Shown here: one piece after another, positions 1 through 11,669 of the stretch | How the letters are laid out: every line of letters begins with the position of its first letter | Position numbering within the stretch: the first letter of the stretch is position 1 | NCBI GenBank assembly: GCA_000004695.1 | Contig: CM000152.2 | Location: 4,288,001-4,352,000, forward strand | Length of the DNA stretch: 64,000 nucleotides | Direction of reading: 5' to 3' | Origin: Dictyostelium discoideum | Lineage: Eukaryota | Position numbers and translations under genes: made by a program | Notes under the pieces: model-generated | What the model saw: the letters and a program-made list of their open reading frames with translations, nothing else | Database searches by the model: none | Told to the model about the DNA's origin: nothing

Positions 1-3000
1 ATCATTTCAAAATTGGTAATAATAGTAAGAAAATGTCTGGTGAACGTGAATGTCCACTCTATGGTCAAATGGGTGCTTTCAACATTTTCGATGAATCATT
101 ATCACCAAGTCAAATTCAAGCAATCTATACATTGGGTCCAAATTTTAATACCTCTTTTCAAGATGTTGAAGGTTCAACTAAATCTGCTCACACTTTTGAA
201 TCTTCACTTACTAGTCATCTCTTTTTAAATTATAATTGTCGTGCATTAGATGGTGATCTTTGTTTAGATAATACACCCGATATTGGTGGTGATAAAAATT
301 ATGATGCAACTTTAGTCTCAATTAATCCATGTGTATCAAGAGATATTAAAGATATTATCTATTGTTTAGGTGGCATTAAAGTATTATTTCCATTAATTCA
401 ACAAATTAATAATCCAATATCACCTTTATCTTTAGAATTAATTACAAATGAAAATAATAATAATAATAATAATAATTTATCATTGTCATCACAACAACAA
501 ACATTAGAACAATTACAACAATCTATAAATATTAAATTAACAAATCAAGTTTTAGCATTATTTAAATTTATGTTAAAAGAGAGTGAAGCAAATCAAGAGG
601 AAATGTTACGTTGTCAAGGTTTCTCTGTTATGGGTTATTTATTACAACAAATTTCACCAGAATATCTAACGATTGGATGTACAAATATCTTTATTGATAT
701 GTCAAATCAAATTTCTGATCCAACATTGGTTGAAGAGGTGTATAGTAATTTAATGTTAAATTTCTGTATTTGGATTAAAACTAAATATGAATTACAAAGA
801 AATCTATTGGTAATCATTAAACAAATCGTTTTTGAAAAGTATGATCAAGTCTCTGATATCATTACAGTTCAATTGATATTAGATATAATGAATGATTTCT
901 ATTGGTATGATGATTCAAAGAATGAAGCACATCGTAATCATCATTTCTTTAATAAAGATATCTTATCGAAACGTCCTTCAATTTCAAATATTCGAGAATT
1001 ACGTCAAATCCTATTTGAAGTTTTACGTATTCTATTACGTCATCAAAAATCAACAGATATTCAAGCTATCATTAAATTTTTAATTTATTGTAAAGATTAT
1101 CAACAATTAATTGAAATGATGGAATTTGTATTAGGTTTATTACCATCATTAGATAATATTAATAATAATAATAATAGTGGTAATAATAATAGTAATAGTA
1201 GTGGTAATAATAATAATAATAATGGTAATAATAAAAATATTAATTTTGGATTAAGTAGTTCAGGTTTAAATGGTAATGGTCATAATTGTCAACAATTTTT
1301 TGATGAAATTATGGGATTAGGTGGTACAGATGTATTTTTAACATTATTAAAGATTGATGATGAAGGTGTTAGAAATACTGCTATTCAATTGATTAGTAAA
1401 ATTCATGGATTATGTAATCATTCTCAAAATAAAAAACATAAAGCAAATTTATTTCAAGATTCAATTATTATTACTCGTTGTTTACATACATTCCCAATGA
1501 CAGAGGAAACTTTTAGATATTTATTATCGTTTGCTATGGGTTACGATTTTACACCTGCAAATAGCACCAGTCACAATAATGGTCAAATGGTACCACCATG
1601 TTTAGATAAACATAAAGTCATAAAGAATAATGAGATCCTATCGGTTATATTCAAACTACTATCAAATACTGATGTTATATTGGTTCAAACGGTTTTACAA
1701 GAGATTAAACTCTACATATCCAATGAAGAATCATCACATGTCAATAGAAATGCATGTCTATCAATTGATAAATGGTTCGATCATTTATTCGCAATCATTA
1801 GTAGTGTAGAGAAAACCGATACTCAATATTCAAATGTAACGGATTTAATCATTGATATCATAAAGATTTTGGTAATTCATTCATTCGATGAATCAAAAGG
1901 TATTCAAAAAACATTGGAAATCGTATTGGCAACTCTTAGACCTTATGATGAACGTGGTGTATTAGATTATCATTCATTGGCTCGTACTTTATTTTTAAAT
2001 ATCGTTCAATCCATTAAATCTAAAGCTCTAACTACCATTGGTGATAATCAATCACCATTAAAGAAATCAAAGAAAGCTTTTATTGAAAATTTAATTCAAT
2101 TCTTTATTTTAACTGAAGAATTTATATTTTATTCTCCAAAAGGTGGTAATCATGATTTACATTCAAGTTTATCATCAATTAGAACTTCAATTTTAGGTGG
2201 TGGCGGTGGTTTCAATGAATTTGGTATTGGTAGTAGTACTATAGTTACTTCATCAGCTCATTCAGCATCATCTTCAGTTCATAGTAGTTTTGATGGTAGT
2301 TTCTCTCCATCTTCACCACAATTATTATCATCATCAACTTCATCAACATCACAATTACAACAACAACAACAACTTCAACAACTTCAACAACTTCAACAAC
2401 AAGGTCAATCAAAGAGTGGATCAAATACACCTTCAAATAGTAATCATGGTAGTTATAATTATAATAATAATAATTCACCAAATTTAATATCATCTTCAAA
2501 TTCTTTATTAAATTCACCATCATCAATTGGTCAATCATTATCTTCATCATTTAGTTTATCATCATCATCAAAAGAAGTTAATATTGGTGGTGGTGGGGGT
2601 ATTGGTGGTTTTAGTAAATTACATTATAATAGTGAAACTAAAGAATGGGAAGATACATTATTAGTTAAAGAGATACTTGATCTAGTTGATACATTAAAGC
2701 TATTGGATAATTTAAGTGAAAGTGATTTTTCAACTTCAAATATTCAAGCAACAACATCAAAATCAACATCAAATTTAATGTTTACAACTCATTATCATAG
2801 AATTTTCCTAAGATTTACATTGGAAGCAATTAAAATTTGTAATAAACAAGAACCTTTACAAACTTTGATGTCTCATGTTATGAGATTGAAAACACTCTCT
2901 GAAAAAGATCGTCAAAAAGTAGAAAATGATACAATGAGTAATAATAGATTAACTTTTATTTTATCTCATTTAGCTAAAGCATTAAGATCAATCATTGATT

Positions 3001-3099
3001 TAAATTTACCATTACATCAAAAAGCATTAGTACCATTAATGAAAGATATCATTCGTAAATTAAATTCAACATTAATTAGTACATTATCAAAACAGCAGC

Positions 3100-3161
<62 letters not shown>

Positions 3162-6149
3162 ATTCATCAACATCAATCTGTATCAGGTCCTTTAAATCTT
3201 TACCAATTATCATTACCCCAATCAGCATTGTCGCAATCTCAACAATTTATAATTCAACAAACTCAACAAATTTTAAATGGTGTTGGAGTTGGTGCAGGAA
3301 ATTCATCACCATCGTCATCATCATCATCATCATCAAACTCTGTAAACATTGATCAAAGTGAAATATCAGGATGGGTTGAAGAATTAACTGACTCAAGTAG
3401 AATTGTCGAATTTTGTTCAATTGTTGTTACATCACCAAGATGGTCACAAATCGTTCAATATATTGATAATCAAACTTATTTTACAACAGTTGAAGAGAAA
3501 TCACTTTATTCTTGGTTAGAGAAGAGAAAGAAGAAATTAACAAAGGTTGTATTGAATACTGATGAAAAAGAAGCAGAATCATTCAATGCCGCAGAGAGAA
3601 AAGCTGATAATGATTTGAATTCAATTCATGTTAAACTTTGGATGCCAGAATGTGAAAGACGTGCATTACATCTTTATAAAGCAAGAGAATTACGTAATCA
3701 AACCACTGTTCAATGGAGAAAGATTTTAAGATCTCTAACTAATGAACGTGGTCCTTGGGGTACAACTGAATCAATCGTTCATTGGAAATTAGATAAAACT
3801 GAAAACTCTTCAAGAATGAGAATTAAATTAAAAAGAAATTATAAATTTGATGAACATTTAAATTGTGCAATTAATGATTCAGAAATTCAAGATGATCATA
3901 ATAATAGTAATAGTAATAATAATAATGATTCAAATAATTCTGATGGTGAACATTTATCAGAAAGTGCAAATTTACTCTCAATTAAACCAAATGAAAAACA
4001 ACAACAACAACAACAAAGTGATGAAGTCGATTCTGATTGGACAATGGTACCAAAGGATATTGATAGTGAAGAAAATATTGATAGTTTAATTCAACAACAA
4101 CAACAACAGCAACATCAACAACAAAAAGAAAAAGAAAAATTAATTTATTCAACAAGTTGTCATTGGATTACACCATCAAGTTGTAAAAAAGGTAAATTAG
4201 AAATTACAACTTTTAATTTAATTTTTACTGAAGAAGAGGAATTACCACCACCATCAACTACCACTACAAATACAACAAATACAACAAATACAAATTCAAC
4301 AACAAATGATTCAACATTTTTAAAAATTAAAAGATGGCCAAATGAAATGATTAAAGATGTTCATTTAAGACGTTATTTATTAAGAGGTAGTGCAATTGAA
4401 ATATTTATGCGTGATAAAACAAATTATTTATTTAATTTCAAAAAGAATGAAAGAAATAAAGTTTATAATAAGATCAATAGTGTAAAGAGAGAGTTTTCAA
4501 AGGAACCAACATTATCACCATCCGATATGTTAAAGAAAGCAACATCAGAATGGCAAGCTAGAAGAATATCAAACTTTGATTATCTAATGACATTGAATAC
4601 AATAGCAGGTAGAACCTATAATGATCTAACACAATATCCAGTATTCCCTTGGGTGATTGCAGATTATACATCACCAGTGTTGGATTTAAATAAAGCAGAA
4701 ACTTTCAGAGATTTATCAAAACCAATTGGTGCATTAAATGAAAAGAGATTGGAAATCTTTAAAGATCGTTATGAATCATTCGATGATCCAGTGATTCCGA
4801 AATTCTATTATGGCAGTCATTATAGTAGTGCTGGTATTGTATTGTTTTATTTAATTCGTTTGGAACCATTCACAACTCAGTTCCTTAATCTTCAAGGTGG
4901 AAGATTCGATCATCCCGATCGTATGTTTGACAGTATAGCATTGGCATGGGATAATTCATTGACCTCTTCAACCGATGTCAAAGAGTTAATACCCGAGTTT
5001 TACTATATGCCAGAGTTTTTAACAAATCATAATCATATCAATTTTGGTATTAAACAAAATGGTATTGGCATTGAAGATGTTCTTTTACCACCATGGGCTT
5101 CATCACCATCGGATTTCATTCGTATCAATAGAGAGGCATTGGAGAGTGATTACGTTTCAAGTCATCTTCATGAATGGATCGATTTAATATTTGGTATTAA
5201 GCAACGTGGTAAACAAGCCAAGGAGGTATTCAATGTTTTCTATTATCTAACTTATGAAGGTTCTGTTGATATCGATTCCATTGAGGATGAAACAACTCGT
5301 CGTGCAACTGAAAGTCAAATCAATAATTTCGGTCAAACACCAACTCAACTCTTTTCAAAGAAACATCATATTCAACGTGATCCTTTGAACGAATCTCATA
5401 TCTCAATTTTGAAAACTCCTCCAAATCAATTACAAGCTTACTTTTTAAAGATTACCAATAAGAATCCAATCGTTTACGTTTACATTCCAGAGCCAAATCC
5501 AATCATGTCCTATTTGGTTGCTGATAAAGTTACGGTCATTGATAAATCTAGAACCACTACCAATCATAAATGGTTCCCTTCCACTCCAAATGATAAGATC
5601 TCACCATTCACTTTTGAATTGGATCCATCTTCAACCACTAAACGTAGAATTGGTTTACCATTTGCAAATGATGTAACAATCTCTCCAAATTGTTTTGCTA
5701 TCACCTCTGATGGTAGATATGTTATTAGTTGTGCTCATTGGGATAATAGTTTCAAACTATCATTTGTTGATAGTGCAAAATTAATTCAAAGTGTTGTAAA
5801 ACATAAAGATACTGTCACTTGTTTATCTTTGGCTTCTGATGGTCAAACTTTAATCACTGGTTCAAAAGATACAACCGTAATGGTTTGGAGAATTGCAACA
5901 ACCAATAAAAGTGGTGCTCCAAAATTCAATGATGTACCTGATCATATTCTTTATGGTCATGATGATGAAATCACCTGTGTAGATGTAAATGTTGGTTTAG
6001 ATATCTCTATCTCTGGTTCAAAAGATGGTACTTGTATCATTCACAACTTAAAACATGGTGAATATGTTAGATCAATTTATTTACCAAGACAATCTCCAAT
6101 TAGTTTAATTGCAATTTCAAATCAAGGTTATATTGTAATTTATTCACAA
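1..6149 (+). CDS. BEACH-domain protein (Lvs family), exon covering the PH-like/BEACH region and start of the WD40 repeats. 5'-partial: the frame is open to the window edge, so the M at 33 is internal.
   Basis: A 6.1 kb ORF with BEACH motifs ([51 protein letters not shown]) and a WD40-like C-terminus. The frame stays open upstream of 33. Donor GTAAGT at 6150. Confidence 0.85.
3094..3161. repeat. (CAA)n with one CAG, coding a poly-Gln of about 25 residues in the BEACH gene
   Basis: Direct read. Confidence 0.9.
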
Positions 6150-6586
6150 GTAAGTAAAAAAAAAACAAAATTTTAATTTAATTTAATTCATTTTTTTTTA
6201 TATTATTTTTTCAATATTTTCATCAATTATTTGCCAAAAAAAAACTTTAATTATATACTACTCTTTTTTTTTTATTATTTTGTTATTTTATTTTAGTGTG
6301 GTAATGATTCATTTGTAAGGATACATTTGAATTTATTTGTTCAACCCACACACACATCACATCCACACCCACACTTTTTTTTTTTCTCACACACCTAAAA
6401 CAAAGGAATATTTAAATCAAAATCTTTTTTTTTTTTTTTTTTGTTTTTTCAATAATACATGTAAATTTCATAAATAATTCGATTTCTCGTTTCGTTTATA
6501 AACAAATATGTTAAATTATAATAATCAATACTAATTTTTATTATAAATTTTTTTTTTTTTTTATTTTAAATTTCAAATTCACTCAG

Positions 6587-6937
6587 GCCGATTTAATGAT
6601 TTATCTATACAGTATAAATGGTGGACTCTTGAAAACAGTTGATACACACGAAAGATTACATAGTATTATAATAAGTAAAGATTCAGAGTATTTAATTACT
6701 GGTGGCGAAAGAGGGGTTGTTGTTATTAGAACACTTTTCAATTTAAAACCAACTAATCATAAATTAGTGTTTGGAACTCCAATTCATTCTTTAGCCATGG
6801 CATCCGATCAAAAACATTTAATGGTTGGTTTAGAAGATGGTAGATTATTAATTATTGCATCTAATAGTGCATCTCCTCCAACAAATTATTATTCCATTAC
6901 CAAATTCCTCATCTTCATTACCTTCATCATCCAATAA
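6587..6937 (+). CDS. BEACH/WD40 protein, terminal exon (WD40 repeats continue)
   Basis: Acceptor AG at 6585-6586. It is in phase with exon 1 (phase 0) and gives ...IVIYSQ|[15 protein letters not shown]-like repeats follow ([29 protein letters not shown]). Stop at 6935-6937. Confidence 0.7.
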   Translation, partial: ADLMIYLYSINGGLLKTVDTHERLHSIIISKDSEYLITGGERGVVVIRTLFNLKPTNHKLVFGTPIHSLAMASDQKHLMVGLEDGRLLIIASNSASPPTNYYSITKFLIFITFIIQ

Positions 6938-7295
6938 ATTTTAAAATTAAAAATAAAATAAATAAAAAATTTATTGGTTAAATAAAAAAAAAAAAAAAAA
7001 AAAACCTTAATATTTAATATATGAATATATTCAACATAACAACATAAAAACCAATTTTCCAAAATTATTTTTAGTTTTATTTTCCAAAAAATTGATTTTG
7101 GAATAAAAAATATTGTGTTTGGTATTTGTTTAAAAAAAAAAGGATTTTATTATAAATTATAATTTTGTTATTATAATATATAGAAAATAAGATGAGAACA
7201 TTTATGTTTTCATGTTTTTGGGTTTTTTTTTTAATTAAAAAGGTATTAAAGTTGGCTGATGGAATTTTTGGGGAGTGTTTTTAATTTTCTATTTA

Positions 7296-7326
<31 letters not shown>

Positions 7327-7824
7327 TTTTTTTTTTTTTTTTTTTTTTTCCAAGCGATGTGGTTGGGTGGGGGAGTGATTAATAAATCTATTTTTAAAAA
7401 ATTTTCTACTCCCTTAAAAATTAGTACTCAATAAACTCTTAAAGATTTATTGTGATTATTACAAAGCAATAGATATGTAATAATTTTTTTTATTTTCAAA
7501 TAGACACTTAAAATAAAAAAAAAAAAAAAAAAACATTTTAATCCCCATTAAACACCAATTTTAATAATCTCACCCAATCCATGAATCAATGTTATTGTTT
7601 GAAATTAAATTATTATTATGAAATAAAAATTTTTTTTTTATTATTTTAAAAAATTTTCTCTATTTTTTTTTTTAATATTTAAATAAAAAAATATGAATTA
7701 GTCTTTTTCCTTTCGAATCATGTTTTGATAAAAAAAAAAAAAATATTTAAACTTTTTGTAAAAAATACATCTAATAATAAAAATAATAATAATAATAAAA
7801 AAAATAATAATAATAAATAATAAA

Positions 7825-8103
7825 ATGAATAAATGTTGTATATGTATTAGTGGTGAACCAGGTGTTGGTAAATCGTCAATTGTCCAACAATTTGTAAAAA
7901 ATGATTTTTCAACACAATATACACCAACTTTAGAGGATTTTTATAATTATGAGTTAAATTTGGATGAAGAAAAATATAATTTGGAAATAATTGATACTGC
8001 TGGTCAAGAAGAATTTTGTGATTTAAAAAATAATTATATATTAAATGGAAATGCATTTATAATAGTTTATAGTATTTGTTGTAAAGGTTCTTTTAAAGAA
8101 GTA
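7825..8103 (+). CDS. Ras-subfamily small GTPase, exon 1
   Basis: G1 motif GEPGVGKSS, switch I TPTLEDFY, and G3 DTAGQEEF. The donor is GTATGT at 8104, or alternatively GTAGTA at 8101. Confidence 0.7.
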
Positions 8104-8116
8104 GTATGTATTTTAA

Positions 8117-8131
8117 ATTATTTTTTATTTA

Positions 8132-8200
<69 letters not shown>
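8117..8200. repeat. (ATT)n microsatellite inside the Ras GTPase intron
   Basis: Direct read. The ORF track translates it as poly-Y, but it falls in the inferred intron. Confidence 0.9.
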
Positions 8201-8210
<10 letters not shown>

Positions 8211-8225
8211 TAAAAAAATTAAAAG

Positions 8226-8729
8226 AAAAATATAATGGATAATATAATAAATATAAAAGATTGTCAAAATATTCCAATAATAATTGTTGGTAATAAAATT
8301 GATATTGACGAAAAAGAAAGAAAAGTCTCAACATTGGAAGGTAAAAATTTGGCCAAACAATTAAATTGTTTGTTTATTGAAACAAGTGCAAAACAAAATT
8401 TAAATATTTCAAAAATTTTTACAACATTGGTAAAAGATTGGAATGAAAAACAACAAAATATTAAAAAATTCTCTAAAAAAAGTTCATACTCAATTAAAAA
8501 CATTAATTGTTCATCAACAGTAAAAAGTAAAGAAAAACAAATAATAATTTCTGATATTAATGCTTATGAAATTTCATTTCAAAATAATAGTCTCAAAAAG
8601 TCAAATAGCTCTGATAATTTTAATCATTCTTCTCATAAAACAACAATTAAAATAAAACAAAATATCAGTGTGGATTCAATTCAAAAGAATAATGGAAAAA
8701 TTTCTAAACCAAAATGCCCTGTCCAATAA
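8226..8729 (+). CDS. Ras-subfamily small GTPase, exon 2
   Basis: Acceptor AG at 8224-8225 with an in-frame TAA just upstream. G4 motif VGNKID and G5 ETSAKQN. Long Ser/Lys-rich C-terminal extension ending ...KPKCPVQ, a CaaX-like end. The intron 8104-8225 is mostly (ATT)n. Confidence 0.65.
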   Translation, partial: KNIMDNIINIKDCQNIPIIIVGNKIDIDEKERKVSTLEGKNLAKQLNCLFIETSAKQNLNISKIFTTLVKDWNEKQQNIKKFSKKSSYSIKNINCSSTVKSKEKQIIISDINAYEISFQNNSLKKSNSSDNFNHSSHKTTIKIKQNISVDSIQKNNGKISKPKCPVQ

Positions 8730-8957
8730 ATTAAAAATTTGTAAATAGAAAATAATCTTATTTACAACAAATTGTTTAAAATAACTATAACTTGTAAATA
8801 TTAAAAAAAATAAAAATCAAAAAAAAAAAAAAAAAAATTATTAGTATTTTATAAATGAGATCATTATAAATACTGATATATTTTTGTAAAAACATTTTTT
8901 TGAAATTCAGTTTTAAATATGTTTAAAACAAAATAAATTATATATATATATATAATC

Positions 8958-8975
8958 AAATAATATAAATATTAA

Positions 8976-9032
<57 letters not shown>

Positions 9033-9055
9033 GTTTATTATTATTATTATTATGT
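8958..9055. repeat. (TTA)n/(ATT)n intergenic microsatellite with two GTT interruptions
   Basis: Direct read. Confidence 0.9.
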
Positions 9056-9228
9056 TTATTTTATAAAGTAGCTATTCATTTAATTTTATAATGAAAATAA
9101 TTTAATTCTAAAAATTACAACCACTATATTGTTTCACAACATTTATTTTATAATTTTTTTTTATTTTTTTTTTAATTCATAACAAGTTTTTAAAACTTTC
9201 TTTTCTTTATTTTTTCTTTAATTCATAA

Positions 9229-9240
9229 GGGAATCGAACT
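9229..9240 (-). promoter_or_regulatory. External B box (exB) downstream of the tRNA gene
   Basis: On the minus strand, AGTTCGATTCCC lies about 35 nt past the T-tract terminator. A second B-box-like GGGATCGAAAT sits at 9250-9260. This is the Dictyostelium-specific exB arrangement known from the literature. Confidence 0.6.
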
Positions 9241-9270
9241 TGTGATCTCATTTCGATCCCTAGAAAAAAA

Positions 9271-9366
9271 TGGAGAAGAAGGGTATCGATCCCTTTACCT
9301 TATGGAACTCTGATTTTCGTTGCTGTTTATGCAAACCATACGCTCTACCATATGAGCTACATCCCC
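9271..9366 (-). tRNA. tRNA-Ala (anticodon UGC) with an intron of about 23 nt after position 37
   Basis: The minus-strand sequence is GGGGATGTAGCTCATATGGTAGAGCG TATGG TTTGCA [TAAACAGCAACGAAAATCAGAGT] T CCATA AGGTA AAGGG ATCGATA CCCTT CTTCTCC A. The acceptor and D-arm are essentially the metazoan tRNA-Ala 5' half. The G3:U70 Ala identity pair is present. The anticodon stem TATGG/CCATA closes only once the intron is removed. A T7 terminator follows immediately at 9264-9270. Confidence 0.8.
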
Positions 9367-9610
9367 ATGATGAAATTTCTTAATTTACTGCCCTGTAACG
9401 GCAAAATCTCGTATTTTATCCTGAATTAATGAAACAGTATTTCAAGGAGAGCAACTAATAATTGAATTATTCAATTCGACAAAAAAGCTCTAAATCTTTT
9501 AATAAATTAAATGTCTGAAAATTTAAAAAAGAAAAATAATAGAAAAAATCGATTTTTTTTTTCAAAAAACCATTTTGGAAAATTAATATTTGATTTAAAA
9601 AAATACCCCC

Positions 9611-9649
<39 letters not shown>

Positions 9650-9942
9650 ATATTAATATTGTGAAAGATAATATTTGACTCACGCTATGTAAGACTTGTC
9701 TAGGTTGCATATTCTTGCTATATAATATTTTTGAGTCAACTAAGAAATATATGTAAATGAAAATAAGTTTTTAAAATATTTAAAAAAACAAATGGAAAAA
9801 AAAAAAAAAAAAAAGTTAATTTTGAAGTTCATACTTGATGACTCCTTATTGAACAATCAACATAAAAAAAAAAATAAAAAATAAAAAAAATAAAAAAAAA
9901 TAAAAATAAAATTTTTGGCTTTTTAAATTTTTTTTTTTTTTT

Positions 9943-9995
<53 letters not shown>

Positions 9996-10211
9996 TTGTG
10001 TGTTATATTAATATTAAAAAAAATTTATTGTTATTATTATTTTCTTTTTTTTTTTTTTTTTGAACTAATACAATATAAATATATATATAAAAATATATTT
10101 ATAAAAAAAAAAAAAAAAAGAAAAGTAGAAAGAGGAAAAAACAAAAAACAAAAAAAAAACAAAAAACAAAAAAAAACAATTGCAGATCCATAAAAAAAAG
10201 AAAAAAGAAAA

Positions 10212-11174
10212 ATGACTTCCAAGAGGCAATATCCAATTGATCAAAGCAATCAATTAAGCCAAGGTCAAAATCCATCACCACAACAACCATTACAACAATA
10301 CCCACAACAACCATATCAACCAAATCCAACTTATGGTAATGATACAACACAACAATGGAATCAAACTCCACAACAACAACAGCAACCACAACAACAAAAT
10401 ATTTCACCACCACAATCACAAAATCAAAATGGTGTACAAAATACAATTCATACAGGTGGAAGTAAAAGAGTTTATCCAGTCGATCCACAAAATGAAACAT
10501 TATTATCATCAAACTTTAGCAATATGAACTTATCATCACAACAACAACAACCATTACCACAACCAACACATATACCAGTACCAGGCCCAAATACTACAAC
10601 ATATAATCCATATATACAACAACCACAACAACAACCACAACAACAACCACAACAACAACCACAACAACCACAACAACCACAACAACAACCACAACAACAA
10701 ACGCAACAACCACAAACATGGAATACATCACCACCACAAACTCAACAACAACCAATTCAAACATTTACACCTCATATATCACCACCACAAACCCAACAAC
10801 AACAACCACAACAAACAACACCATTCCAACCAATGCAACCAACTCAACCATCATATAGTCAACCACAACAAACACAACCATTACCATTACCACCAATGCA
10901 ACCATCATATAATCAACAACCATATACTCAACAACCATATACTCAACAACCATATACTCAACAACCAGGACAACAATCGCAATATCAACAACCACAACAA
11001 CAAACCCCACAACAACAAGCTGCAGTGGAACAACCAGTACCAACTTTAGAAAATCTTTGTCCTAAACCATTCATGAGATTATCAATGAATGCAATTCCAA
11101 ATCATCCTTCAATTTTAAATAAAGTTCATATACCATTAGGTTTAAATATTCATCCATTGGCACATGATCCACAA
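10212..11174 (+). CDS. sec24: COPII coat subunit Sec24, exon 1 (P/Q-rich N-terminus)
   Basis: ATG in an A-rich context. The Pro/Gln-rich disordered N-terminus is typical of Sec24. Donor GTAAGT at 11175, phase 0. Confidence 0.75.
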
Positions 11175-11222
11175 GTAAGTAAAGTTATAAAAATAATCAA
11201 TAATGATGATAATAAATAAATA

Positions 11223-11277
<55 letters not shown>

Positions 11278-11306
11278 TAATAAAATTTAATTTCATTTTA
11301 ACATAG

Positions 11307-11436
11307 GGACCAGTACCAGTTGTTTATTCATCAATAATTAGATGTAGAAGATGTAGAACATATATAAATCCATTTGTTACTTGGTTAAATGGAGGTGGTA
11401 GATGGAGATGTAATATGTGTGAAAATATTAACGATA
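11307..11436 (+). CDS. sec24: Sec24 exon 2 (zinc-finger domain)
   Basis: Acceptor AG at 11305-11306. [43 protein letters not shown] is the Sec23/24 Zn finger (C-x2-C...C-x2-C). Donor GTAAGT at 11437, phase 1. Confidence 0.8.
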
Positions 11437-11465
11437 GTAAGTTTTTTATAATTATTTATTTTAAA

Positions 11466-11573
<108 letters not shown>

Positions 11574-11669
11574 TGTAGTATTTCAATTCAAAAAATGAAT
11601 AATTTTTAAAATACTTATTTTATTTATTAATTTAAATTATTATTTATTATTTATCATTTTTTTTTTTAG

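Noticed and set aside
8117-8208. ORF-track extension of the Ras gene through a poly-Tyr stretch
   Set aside because: The poly-Y is the (ATT)n microsatellite read in frame. A GTATGT donor precedes it, and an AG acceptor with an in-frame TAA follows it. So it is intronic.
9366-9430. Possible box C/D snoRNA (ATGATGA ... CTGA) immediately adjacent to the tRNA 5' end
   Set aside because: The C and D box matches are short and expected by chance in this sequence. I could find no convincing terminal stem or guide region. It is kept only as part of the GC-enriched block noted in the findings.
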